Of a DNA stretch of 64,000 nt, positions 37,201-49,143 are shown piece by piece. Source of the DNA: Schmidtea nova (lineage: Eukaryota); assembly GCA_044892505.1 (NCBI GenBank), contig CM097883.1, forward strand, positions 78,182,001 through 78,246,000. The letters run 5' to 3'. How positions within the stretch are numbered: position 1 is the stretch's first letter; each line of letters begins with the position of its first letter. The position numbers and the translations under genes are program-made. The notes beneath the pieces were generated by a model that was not told the DNA's origin, did not search any database, and saw only the letters and a list, made by a program, of their open reading frames with translations.

Positions 37201-40200
37201 CTCATCAATACCTTCATGTCTGTCAATATAGCCCGGTTTTGAAAATCCAGAAATCATCGTAGCATGAGACAGCTGTTCCCAGGCAGAGTCAACCCAATCA
37301 ATCAAAACATCTCTTTGGGGAACTTTTGCTTTGAATATGCCTTCATTTGCTTCCATATCCGTTCTTAATTTTTCAGACCACATTGTTCTTAAGTGCGATT
37401 TAAACGTTTTATTCCAGCTAACATCTGCAGGCTGGCAAACTTATGTAAAACCAGATGGAATCTTCATCAATGTAATATTAAGGATATTTGCAGCGGCTTA
37501 AACATCGCTTGTCCAGTGTGCTGTAAAGTCATCCAATAATAAAATCTTTGGCTTCTGCACATTGTCGGAAAAATTATGATAAAGCCAGATAACCATCATA
37601 TCGCTTGTAAACCAGCCATTTTGGTTGCAATATATTTGAGTCGTGCTGGTTTTATTGATCTCCTGTATTTTTTTCCAGGCACAACTACCAAATCCATGTT
37701 GATTAATTCTATTCTGCAACGATGATGCCTCCACAACTGATTGTTTACCCTTAAATATTACAAAAGGTGGTTTTTTCTGTCCATTAGAAGATCCCAGCAA
37801 TAATACTGATATCCTCTCTTTTTCTTTCCCAGCTGTTCGTATGAATATTGTCTTGGAACCTATTTTATCTAAGGTTTTTCCGGGGATTGTTTCATAATTA
37901 ACAGCCGTTTGGTCGGCATTCCAAACACAACCTACATTTAATTCAATCATTTTTTGTCGGACGTCTAATGCAAACTGAGTGGCTACCGGATTTGGAAGGA
38001 CTATGGATGTTTGTCCTTGATGAGATTTGGCTCTGAGTGACAAGCCATATTTTTTCTTAAAGGTTTTTAGCCACCCAGTGCTTGCTAAGAAATTATTAAC
38101 ATCGGTTTGTCTGCACGATAGGCGAGCTTTAGTACGAAGTATACTGTCGGTTACGGGGACACCATTTTGGCGCAGGGTTCGGACCCAGAAAATAAGTTCG
38201 TCTTCGACCTCAGATGAAAGACTCGAGGAAGTTCCTAGTGGTCGGATCTTTTTCAATTTCTTGACCCTATTCATATTCCCAAGTTTTGTTATTCGGTCTT
38301 TATTTTTTCTCCATTGATATATTAACTGTCTTTTGGCTTCACGAGCTGGCGATGATGACTTTAGATCAGGCCAAAATTTGGTAACTGTCTGTGACGCACC
38401 ATATACATCATAGAAATCCAACACATTCTTTTTAAATTGTATCGTATATGCAGTTCTCATATGTTTTACTTCTACTGTGTGGAATCCTTTTGTAGAAATG
38501 CGCCCAGATGCATTCTTCTTACCCACCATGTTGGGTTTAAAAGTTGAGTGTTTTTCCATGCTTTATATAAGGTTGCTTTCTATATATATGTGTGTGCCAC
38601 AAAATTACAAATCAATTTTTAGTGCTTTTCTCTCAACCGATTCACTTCAAATTTTGCACACTTGCTCACTTCCGGTGACAATACATGGAAATTGATAAAT
38701 TTGACCAAAAAAAGTTAATTAAGTTAACTAAATAACAATTTGAATTTCCCCATACATTTAACAATGGACGAGAGGTAAATGTGTTGGTGTCTTCAGAGAA
38801 ATTTTGCGCGTAAATGTAATATAAATTGCAAAAAAAAATTTCTCAGCCAAGTGGAGTTCTGCTCGCATAAAGCATGGATTTGAAAAAAGAATTTTTTTTT
38901 GATTTACTAGTTAAAAATTAAAAAAGTATTGAACGATAATATTAAAGCCTGTGTGTTATAAGAAAATAAATACGGTATATATATATATATATAATTCATC
39001 TGTAAATATTTATATTTATTGTTAATAATGAAATTAAATTCTACAAATCGGGCTTATTAATTCCTTGCAACGGCTTGTCTGCGAAACCCTTTACACAAAC
39101 TACCTATTGAATTAGCACAAATTAATTTTGATAAAATTAAATAAAATAACAGCTCGGTTGCCATAACTCTGGATTAATTTATTTTCAGTAATACGATTAA
39201 ATATTTAATTCTTAAGATAATAATAATAAACCTTGTATATTATATTCAGTATTTATTAATATCTTTTTCATTTCTTATCACAATTTTAGCTCCTTTTTAT
39301 TTTTATAATCTACAATCACCAGTAAACATCGTGACAGTTTTTATTTAAAAAAATATAATTGAATTTTTACATGCATTTTTTTATTAGATTATATTTTACA
39401 TATTTACGTAATTTTATTTATATTTTACACCTTTATTAAATATATTGAATAATACTAAATAGTTGCCGATGTAATAGTAGTGAGCCCCCCAGCACAGCAT
39501 GAGTTATTGCGCATTGCTGATTAAAACAAAAATACCCCCGGGGCATATAAGTTTTTGTTTTAATCTTTGATTATTGATTTTATTTTTTTTTGTTTAAATG
39601 AGCACAAAAGGAAAAATAATAAAGTTAAGAGAAAACTTCCAATTCAAAAGTTGTAGATCATATCGAGACCCACATTTAGGCTTTAAAAACTTTTTTTTTT
39701 CTTAACCCTCATGTTCCAAAATCGTGTTCCAGTGTTTCGTTTAAAGAAATATACGACTTCTAAGATAGACATGAGAAAACTTCCAAGATAATATTTGTAG
39801 AGAATGACGAGCCACACATTATATTTGCAAATTATTTTCATTTTGGTTAACCCAATGTATCGAAATCTTGTTCCAAAGTTTCGTTTAAAAAATCATATTC
39901 AATTTAAAGTGCAAACAAATAATCAAGTATAACTTGTTATTAAAAGGAGCTACTAAATATTTCAAAGTGCCAATATTTTTAAAAAGTGCTGCACATTATT
40001 TTAAAGTGCAAATATTCTAAACCTTTAAACTATTTTATTTTAAACCTTTATATAAAATTTCATCTTATAAACAATATCTGTTTTAATTCGAATAGCAAGC
40101 TAATATTATTTCCATGTCTAGAATTTATCCAGGCATTACAACCAGAAAATATTTATTTAATGAAATTTGAGTTACTGTTAAAGTCCTAATTAAATTCTAT

Positions 40201-43200
40201 ATAAAATTTTGACATTAACCCTCCTTTTTTATGCACTTGGAAATCTTTGGGTTTAGAGCTGTTTGGCATTCTTATCGATTTTCTGGTCTTATAAAAACTT
40301 GCAATGCCTTCCAGTAGTATCCAATGTTCCTTACCGTAACAGGCCTTTGCAATTGATAAAAGTGAAGTTTCACAGTTCACATTGTCATGGATTGGAATTA
40401 AACAACCAGATTCAATTACCCTACATCATAATTTTCATTGGATTCCCAGTTCTTCTTTGCAGGAAGTAAACTTAGTCTCCACTTTTTTTCCACATTAGGA
40501 AATATTAGGGTTTCAAGCAATGTAGTACAGTCCAGTTAGGTTTTTTAAACGGAAGATGGGTGTGAAGGTTAAAATAATATTTCGATTACAGTACGTATCT
40601 TGGACGTGACACTAATTTCGACGCTTTTTTGTTCATGCAATTGCTCCGAGATACATTCAAAGCTCTAAAATCGCGCCTGTCTGCATTGTTCAAGACTCTT
40701 TTCGAAGAATCTCCAGATACATATCCCAACATTATAATTTTGATTCACGATCTGTCAAAACGGTGTTTTCTTAGTAAATCTCTTTTCCTTGTCACATCAT
40801 CAATACGTGTTGCTTAGAACTGAAGTTTATGAGTTAACTGAGCGTAACATATTTGATACAATCCTCTGGGAAATAGAACTTGCTTTCATTTAATTTTCAG
40901 CAGAAAAATATTGGTTTTTGCTCAGTTTTACACATTTATATTAAACTAACTGGGATTACCCGTTGTTTTTTTATTAAAGTAACCAAAGCACCATATCAAG
41001 CAAGGTTTGATGTCCATCTGGAACTTTGTTTACCAATTTTGGACAATGCACAGGAAAATACAGCAACATTTTTTAGTGTTACACAATAATCCCACATAAT
41101 GCCACCCTGTTGGTTAGCAACATTTTTGGTCCATAATTTGACAACCACTTGTTCGAATTCAACCAACCCCATATTTTCTAATTGCAAATCGTTTAATTAG
41201 ATTAAATTTCTTTACCGTTTCTAAAAATATCAAAAACCAAAAAACGTTATTCAAAAATATATTTTTGATTACATAATCGTATAATAAACAAATTTTTCTC
41301 CGTCGCCCAATTTTTTTTCTAACGATTCTGACCATTATAATATCAAATTATAACCAATGATAAAATAATGCATCATAATTAGTTGAATGGTGCGGCGGTA
41401 CGAGTCACGGCTGCGGATTGGCTGGTCACCGGTTCAATTCTGCCGGAAACCACTTTATTTCATATTTCAGTCATAGATTTCATATAGCCGAACCAAATGA
41501 TGGAAATCTGGGGCAAGACATTACAGAATAACTTAAAACTTTTAAAACGCGCCGGCCAACACACAATAATCCCACATAATGTCACCCTGTTGGTTAAGGC
41601 TATGAAATAATCGGAAGACATAATTTTGTTCATTTTTTCACTTAAAAACAACAAATTAGAGATTTCATTAAAAACATTTAGTCAACTTTTTCAATGAAAT
41701 TGTTCTTGCGCATTGAAAACAGAAAACTTTAATAACGGTTGATTTCTTCATCCTTTATTTTAAGTTGAAAACGGTTCAGAAGTACATGGGCACCAGGAAA
41801 CGTGATACGCACGTACTAAAATACGGGCACTCTACAAATTTTTTTTTATAAAGTTTTTACGCATATCACACGGTTAATGCAGCAGAGCCACCTTGGACTA
41901 TATTCTGGGCATGCCTGACCTCGGGGGTACGGGGTCGAAACCCAGCTATGAACCCGTGCAAAATTTCATCAAGATCGGTCCAGTGGTTTGGATTTATCTA
42001 GAAAACACACAAACATTGCCATTTTATATTAGATAAATAATTGATAAAATTTTGAATTTAGTAACGCAATTTTATTGTGGTGTAAAATAAATAAACCAAT
42101 CTTTAATTAATTAATATTATTTAATTATAATCTTTTTAATTTAAATTTTTTAATTAATTTTTATTATTTTAATTATTTATTAATTATTATTAATTATTTA
42201 TTATTATTAATTATTATCATTTATTATTAATTATTATCATTTATTATTATTAATTAATTATTATTAATTAATTATTATTATTAATTTAATTTAATTTTAT
42301 TTTTAATTTTTTTAAATTTTATTAATTTAAATTTTATTAGAATCTTAATTTTATTTAATTAATTAAAGTTTGGTTTATTTATTTTACACCACAGTAACGC
42401 AATTTTATTATATTTAACTATTTATGTTAACATTTAGGTTAATAGAAATGTAAGTAAATTGAAAATACATTCACCACTGGATGATATTATTAATAATATA
42501 AGGACATTCATAATTTGTCCTTTTATTTGACCAACCTGCTAAATAGTACATTTGTGTTCTAACGCAAATGCTGACTTCTTAGGGGAATAAATAGCGTTTA
42601 GCTAAATGAAATCGAGCAATAACAATGTCAAGGGGCCGCACGCGCGTTACAATGGCAGTAACAGTTAATTATTCCATGCACCCACCGTTATTTCAATAGA
42701 GTTGAAGTCCTACAAATTAATAATAAGGGGTCATTGCATAATTACGTCACGCTCGAGGGTGGGTGAGTTGAGCTGAACGTGACGTCACTTCGAGTTGTAT
42801 TTTATAATGGACCGGTTAGACCAAAAGAGTTCTAATTGCAACAATCTTTCTCTGCTACAGTGATGCTGATACTTTGACTGGACAACTATGACTAACGAAG
42901 CTGCTACAGCAAGCTCCCTGCATGACAGGCTAGAGGACAGATTAATACAATGTATCATATTCCAGCAGGAATGCATGCATCCAGCGCACAAATAGCATAG
43001 CAGCAGCTAGGAGGCTGCAATAGTCTTACAAGAAACATCTGTTTTTACATTTTAGTTCTATTTGTCCAACGACTACTACACAGCTATGAAAGATTGAAAA
43101 ATTTGTATTAAATATTCTAAAACTCAATTTCTGTTGTCTGACAAATAAAATTAAGAAAAACAAACAATAAACACGATATTTTATTTGATGCAGGAAGATA

Positions 43201-44065
43201 ATCCATAAATTACTATTCTAAATGTCAAAAACTTAAAATTCAATGCATACATTCTAACCTGTTTCAACTGTCCGTAAGTTTATATTTTGAATGGCTTATG
43301 GTACCACTAGGCTTCCCCCATTTCGTGAACAATAAAATGGCGCCACGATTGGGTGTGGGTGGGTCTCGGGAAATGTGACCAAAAGTGACGGGGTGGGTCA
43401 AAATGGTCATTTTTGACGTGACGTAATTATGCAATGCCCCCTAAGCGTGTTCATATAATCGGACAAAATTTTAATCGTTGTTGTTCATTTTTAAACTTTT
43501 AAATCTAATTCAGCATTCTCTATCAAAGCTCATTTTGTTCACTGTTTGCTAAATTTTGTGTAAATGCCTGACTATTGGTATTCATTGTGCTAGAAATAAT
43601 ACGACAATTATGCAGGTCCTCTTGTTCACAGTTTGTTACATTTTGACGAGGAACATGAGAATTTCCGCCGTTGAAATCCATGCAAGGTTATCCATCAGCC
43701 AATTGGAAATGAGTGGATCAAAAATCACATTTTTATCCAACGCGGATAACATGAGATACGAATTGTGTGCGGAAACAAATTCCAAGCGATGTTACTACTC
43801 GATTGTCCGTACTTATATTGAGAAATGGTCAGTGGCTGTGGATATTGGGAATGATATTAATTTTGTATTCAGCAGCCGATTGGGGGATGACAAATCCCGG
43901 ATGTTATATTTGAGGCCTTTATCACAGATCGATAATAATAATAGCGGAGACTCGTTGTGGTATGAGAATACTCCAGCCGACTCTTCTTTATTGGATATGA
44001 TGCTGAATAGAATACGAGTTGTGAAAGAAGTCCAGGAAGCCTTATATATTCCTACTGTTGAGTGA
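31256..44065 (+). CDS. ZMYM2/3/4-Woc/QRICH1-like DUF3504 chromatin protein, complete 9-exon model (about 636 aa), no MYM zinc fingers
   Basis: Exons 31256-31390, 31441-31499, 31545-31740, 31791-31989, 35551-36008, 36056-36317, 36369-36565, 43616-43827, 43873-44065; all GT-AG and phase-compatible. AT-hook GRGRPRGRK, TKNKSIQT..KKTQC, VPVFIPIPVPVYIP, KYSYGINAWRHW, PDSIFYLCLGIQ, EEDHLWESRQLG.HDP|VLLFT, WY..P..LDMMLNRIRVVKE. Confidence 0.85.
33522..34434. repeat. Near-perfect ~158-bp direct repeat (33522-33680 / 34276-34434) bracketing MITE fragments
   Basis: Identical by eye from TTTCATTATAAAGG to GATTATTTTT; the spacer contains a CAGGGATGTGGAGTCGG end and a TA-flanked MITE. Confidence 0.85.
33945..34260. 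mobile_element. Tc1/mariner-type MITE
   Basis: TIRs CACTTAATTCTGTTTTCACACGA / TCGTGTAAAAACAGAATTAGGTG with TA duplication. Confidence 0.8.
36595..36995. mobile_element. hAT-like MITE in ZMYM-like intron 7
   Basis: Imperfect TIRs TAGTGGTGAGTCGATTTTTGATTT / AAATCAAAATCGGCCCACCCTA; ATATATAT on both sides; absent at the homologous site in copy 2. Confidence 0.65.
37027..38975 (-). mobile_element. pogo/Tigger transposon, near full length (ORF 38559-37123 with two in-frame stops)
   Basis: Perfect 26-bp TIRs CCGTATTTATTTTCTTATAACACACA in a TA run; CENP-B HTH (EVEDELIFWV..ASTGWLKTFKKKY) and DDD motifs WNADQT, LLLDDFTAH, QPADV. Confidence 0.95.
39629..39900. repeat. Degenerate ~144-bp tandem duplication
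   Basis: Two units beginning GAGAAAACTTCCAA..TTGTAGA and ending TGTTCCA..GTTTCGTTTAAA. Confidence 0.5.
40190..41650 (-). pseudogene. Heavily decayed DNA transposase-like remnant with possible BED finger
   Basis: QQGGIMWDY..FSCAL..SRWTSNLA resembles a BED zinc finger (W..F..C..C..TSNL..H); the N-terminal piece is repeated near 41090 and 41560; many stops. Confidence 0.35.
41381..41452 (+). other. tRNA-derived SINE head / pseudo-tRNA
   Basis: A-box-like TGGTGCGGCGG (41388) and B-box-like GGTTCAATTC (41431) at tRNA spacing; no clean cloverleaf. Confidence 0.35.
41860..42035 (+). mobile_element. Possible Helitron-derived MITE end
   Basis: AAATTTCATCAAGATCGGTCCAGTGGTTT..ACACACAAACATT..TTTTATATTAGAT resembles a common non-autonomous Helitron subterminal motif. 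Confidence 0.35.
42076..42393. mobile_element. AT-rich TIR element with TG..CA ends and a 15-bp target duplication
   Basis: About 39-bp TIRs TGTGGTGTAAAATAAATAAACCAA.CTTTAATTAATTAA; direct repeat GTAACGCAATTTTAT at 42061-42075 and 42394-42408. Confidence 0.85.
42727..43441. mobile_element. PIF/Harbinger (Tourist-like) MITE
   Basis: TIRs GGGGTCATTGCATAATTACGTCACG / CGTGACGTAATTATGCAATGCCCCC with a 3-bp TAA duplication. Confidence 0.9.
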
Positions 44066-44724
44066 TTATCCGAAGCATTTGTTTGTATGGTGTAAATATT
44101 CATGAAATCTGTAATCTATGTTAGCTGATTATAATAAACTGTCTTATAAATTCTTTGTTTTCATTGGTTATGTTATATAATTCTGTTTTTGTTGTCATTG
44201 GTCCGTTTATGTGTGTGATTCGTTCATTGGAGCATTTTATCAGACTGGAAGGGATATGGAATCAATTTGAGAATCACAAGACGAGAAGAGGTTTGATTAT
44301 GTGAGTAAATGTTTGGGGATTTTAGTAGGCTTAATAGATGAATTTCTTTTGACAAATATCTAAGGACTAATTGGGGGGATGAAGTTCATTTCAAATGATA
44401 GACGTTGCTATTGGTAATATTACGCCAAATATTTCGGATAGTTTATATCAATGAATGTCTGATATTGTGGAATTTTGCTCTTATAAAGGGAAATTCTTCA
44501 AATATCGATCAAAACTTCGGTACTGAAAATTGCAAATAACCAATGCATAATTACAAATACATTCTCATTTTTCTGGTATTTCCAAATTTATAAATGATTG
44601 AATATCTTTTTATGCAAATGTGAGAAATCTGCTCACTCTTCATATTAAAGGTGTATTGTTTTTAAATAAAAGTTTCTTATGTTACATTAATTTTTAATTG
44701 TCTTAGTTTATGATAATAGAATTA

Positions 44725-44886
44725 CAGGTCAAATCTCGAAGTAACGAAATTTCCAATATAACAAATCTATAATTTGTCCCCGAGAAATTGATGACAATAT
44801 CGTATAGTACTCACTATAACAAATTTTCAGTATAACGAAACAATTTACTTAGTTCCGTGAGCTTCGTTACAAAGAGATTTGACCTG
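44725..44886. mobile_element. Tigger-like MITE
   Basis: TIRs CAGGTCAAATCTC..GTAACGAA at both ends, TA duplication. Confidence 0.85.
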
Positions 44887-47044
44887 TACAACTTTGCATT
44901 ATTTGAAAATCCAAATAACTTCTACAATTAATAAAAGTGAAAGATATATTTTATAAATGTACAAAGAAATATATGTCAATACTAGAATTTGCCTGCTTAA
45001 ACCATTATGAATAGTAAGAACATTCTATTTCAGATTGTGAATCACTTCACACTTGTTATTGAATTTTGATTAGAAACTTGCTGCTGAAGTCTACTTTTAA
45101 TTCAACACGCAGCCCTAAATTGGACAACATAATATAGTATTGCATTCAAGATCAAATCAAAGGTTTTTGGCGCCATCTCCGATTTTCAATTTTAGCTTTT
45201 ATAATCAGTTTTACTTACAAAAATTAAATTATACTCCGTAATAGACCAATTGAAATAAAAACTAAACTTTATATGAAAATTTTCACTTCAAAGAAGAAAA
45301 GAGTAAAAATTTAAAGCAAATGTATTTAAAAAAATAATGTATACGTTTTAAAGCATAATATTTCTGTTGGGTCGTTGGAGTAGAAAGCCGGTCTAGGTTC
45401 AAAGGATTTACGCGAACAGACCTTTATGAAAATATATTCTCCCTCGTATCCACTCTTGATTATCTTGATTAATCACGTTGGTAATGTGCATTACGGCTTT
45501 TGGAATTAGTTAACAGGTAAGCTGGTTCACTTATGTCGATAGACGGCATTCAATACGGTTTCCTTGCCCAGTTGGTCACAAATTTAAACTGATCAATTCC
45601 TCTTTTCCGACTTCTACACTCCTCAAATTTTATACCTTAACCCAGTTAACTATGGGTTAAAAGAAACTAAGAAAACATTGACGACTATCTTATGACTAAC
45701 AAATACAACAAAACTTTTATTTACAAATACATTTATAAGATGGTTATCTCATTTAGGAGATCAAACTCAGACAAATTATCAAGGTATTCTAAGTTCCTCG
45801 TTACCTTTTGATCGAACACGTTTTCACGTCATTTCTTAATCTTTTGCCTTTCTTTGCACTGAGTCGATAGCTTTTTGTCTTTTGGGGTGATAAAATCTGT
45901 TTAACTTCATAAATTTGCACCCGTTCGGGGGATGCGATACAGCAATTACGCTGAGTGATGGGACTATTTTTTCCAATCAAATCCTGCTGAATAACCTACT
46001 GGGTCATCTTCTTTCTGTAGTACTTTAATTTGAGATGATTTGCTCTTGATTCTAACTGTAATTCGCTGTTAGCTCTCTTGAGGCGCTCTATTTTTAACTG
46101 GGCTTCTTTCAATTTTGTCTGAGAGAAATATTTGTTCTCCGAGTTTATGATTCTTCTCTTGAGCCGCCAAACTGATTTCTCTTCCCAAGCCTGTTGTTGT
46201 TTGACACATATACACAATCGGATGCCTTTCTTGCTACTTTTAAAAGAGTGGACACTAAATATAAAAGACAATATAATGGTGTATAATTGAGAGGTCTATT
46301 TGAAACTAATGCATATTTCCCATTGTCATCCCTTATAAAGCGCACATTTTGTTATCAATGCAAACCAATCTACCATCTTTACCTACGTCACTAGAATTTA
46401 TTTACGCTGAAACTATAAGATTACAATGAAGACAAACTTTTATTTCCATAAAACATTTCGCGATCAGCTATTATTGTATTTTGATAGTCTGGAGCTTCTA
46501 TCCGGCAGTAGTATGCGACCTATCGACATGATTTCCTCAATGGGAATCATGCCATTGTGTACTATTTCTCAATAGCCTCCTACAAAGCTGGGGATCACAT
46601 TGAAGCATCTCAAGAGCCTGTTTTAATACTTATTGACTTTGATTGGCCATTTATGGCTACTTGGAACCCGTTATCCGCTAAGAGGGTTATGACTCGGGTT
46701 TAGAGTTCTCCCAATGTCGCAAATCCTTTCAGTCTTTCGCTAGATTATCCACAGACGAGGATTCGGAATGTACGTGCGAATAATGGGAATATCGTTAATT
46801 ATTCGCGCTATCACGTCTTCTTCAATGGCTTTAGATTCCAATTTTTCATGCATAACTATTGAAATTTGTAAATTATTTATCAATCAAATACTTTTATTTC
46901 TGACGCCGCTTATTTCGCTTAGTATTGTATTTAATAACGGATGTAGTTCTCAATAAAAAAAGATCCGATCAAATAAATACTACCTAAAGTATGAACTTCT
47001 CCCTACCGTAATTTTCTCGACTAAGGGAAGTTTAAAAAAAAAAT

Positions 47045-47942
47045 TTAACGTTACTTGGAGAATATGACACTATGTAAACTTGGAATATAGAATGGTGTTG
47101 GCAATTAGTATGTCTTTCTAGTGTGTCTTCAAACCAGAAGCATCGAAAGGCAATTTCACCATTATTTTATCCCCTTTTGCTTTCAACCTATAGAATAGTA
47201 TTTTATTTTGTTGACCATTGGCAATTTATTAACACTAAAAACAATATTTAATTTTATATTAATTCTATTGGATAATAATTAAATTAAATTAATAATGAAG
47301 TGCTGAGCACTGAATAAATTGAGATAAGTTAAATGAAACCAAATAAAGAAATACCCGCCAATTTCTGAAAATTCCTCACAATTGGTGCGAACTTCAAAGG
47401 GTAACATTTGATTATAATATTTTATTTCTTCATTAAATTAAAAAAGAAAAAATTTTGAGATGAGATTTGAAAATTTGGGAATAAATAATAAATATTGGAT
47501 CGTATTACTGAAAATAACTTACTCTGTAGTCATGCAACCGAGCTGTCGCGAGTTTAAAAGTGAAATATTATTTTATATTTTTAACTAATTTTATTTAATT
47601 TTAACAAAATTAACTTGTGCTGATTCAATTGGTAATTTGGTATAAATGGTTTTGCAGACAAGCCGTTGTAAGGAATTAATAAGCCCGATTTGTAGAATTT
47701 AATTTCACTATTAACAATANNNNNNNNNNNNNNNNNNNNNNNNNNNNNNNNNNNNNNNNNNNNNNNNNNNNNNNNNNNNNNNNNNNNNNNNNNNNNNNNN
47801 NNNNNNNNNNNNNNNNNNNNNNNNNNNNNNNNNNNNNNNNNNNNNNNNNNNCACTCAATACCAATATTTCTCTGGTTTCATTGCCAAGGTTGTTTAAACT
47901 AAATTAGGTTATTTTTAAAATTCTGAATACAAAAATGACATA
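47045..47942 (-). repeat. Inverted copies of both flanks of the ZMYM-like exon 5-7 block around an N gap
   Basis: 47045-47719 is the reverse complement of about 58270-58927; 47852-47942 is the reverse complement of about 54993-55080. Confidence 0.85.
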
Positions 47943-49143
47943 CCGTATATACTCGTACATAAGTCGGAAAATTTTAGGCAAAATCAGACAATTTCTTTTT
48001 CAATTCGACCTATACACGAGCCATAGAAAAATCTTAATTATTATTTTCCTAAAAAAGTTTTAAAAATGAGTTTTTAATCAAATTTTTTAAAATTAAATTA
48101 TTGAATTCAATTACCAAATTTGATAATTATTAAGAAGACCTATTAATTAAATTATTAAATATTAAACAATTTATTTAATATCCATCTATCGAAAAAATTT
48201 AACATCCATCTATTAAAAAAAATTTAATCAGAAATATTGCAAGAAATAAAATCAGTAATTGGAGATTATTCAACAAAGCAACTTATTATCGTTACCATTA
48301 CAATTACGTTACAAAAGTGAATCATATATAAAAAGAAAAAGGAATTCATATGAAGCTGGATTTAAGTAACGAGTTGTAGAACTTGCTGAAATAAACGGAA
48401 ACTCAAAATCTGCCAGAAAAAGTAACATCGATGACACATTTGTTCAAGATTGGCGTAAAAACAAAAGTGAGCTCACTGAAATACCAAAAACTAAATGCAC
48501 AAGACGAGGAAAGATGCCATCATTTTCGGATTTAGAAAATGAGATTAATGAATGGGTTTTGGAGCAACGACAAAATGGATTCATAGTCACAAGAAGATTG
48601 GATCGCGCCCTTCAATTAAAAAAAACGAAAAGTATCAAAATCTACCAGATATTTCTACATTAAATGCTTCACATGGATGGTGCTGAAGGTTTATGAATCG
48701 AAATTCATTAACACTCGGGCAGAAAACTAATATTAAAATGATCAAACATTCATTTCTAAAATGTGGTATCAGCAATGCTATGGATGGATCTGAGGATGAT
48801 GCTTTGTTCTTGGAGGATTCTAATGACCAGGAAGATGTTGAAATTTATTCTGAAGATAATGATCACACAGATGACCATGTTGGAGATGTTTCAGAGAAAA
48901 TCTACAATGAACTGTTTGATGATTAACCAATTCAAAAACTTTTATTGGCAAAAAAAACTATTTTTAGTCAATAACTTTTTGTCAATGTTTTTATCAATAT
49001 TTGCATAATGAATTTTTTCAATATTTTTTGACCTAATTCTTTTGCATCGACCTATACAAGGGTTTCAAATTTTGGACCAAAAAGTGACTTTAAAATTTCA
49101 ATTCGACTTATACTCGAGTCGACTTTTACACAAGTATATACGG
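47943..49143 (+). mobile_element. Internally deleted pogo/Tigger element
   Basis: TIRs CCGTATATACT, TA duplication; KRNSYEAGFK..DWRKNK..FSDLENEINEWV (Brinker-like/CENP-B HTH) joined to the C-terminus IKHSFLKCGISNAMDGSEDD with the DDE core missing. Confidence 0.9.

Noticed and set aside
42110-42360. Periodic TTATTATTAA runs as a CRISPR-like or coding repeat
   Set aside because: Low-complexity slippage with no constant repeat and unique spacer structure; eukaryotic context.
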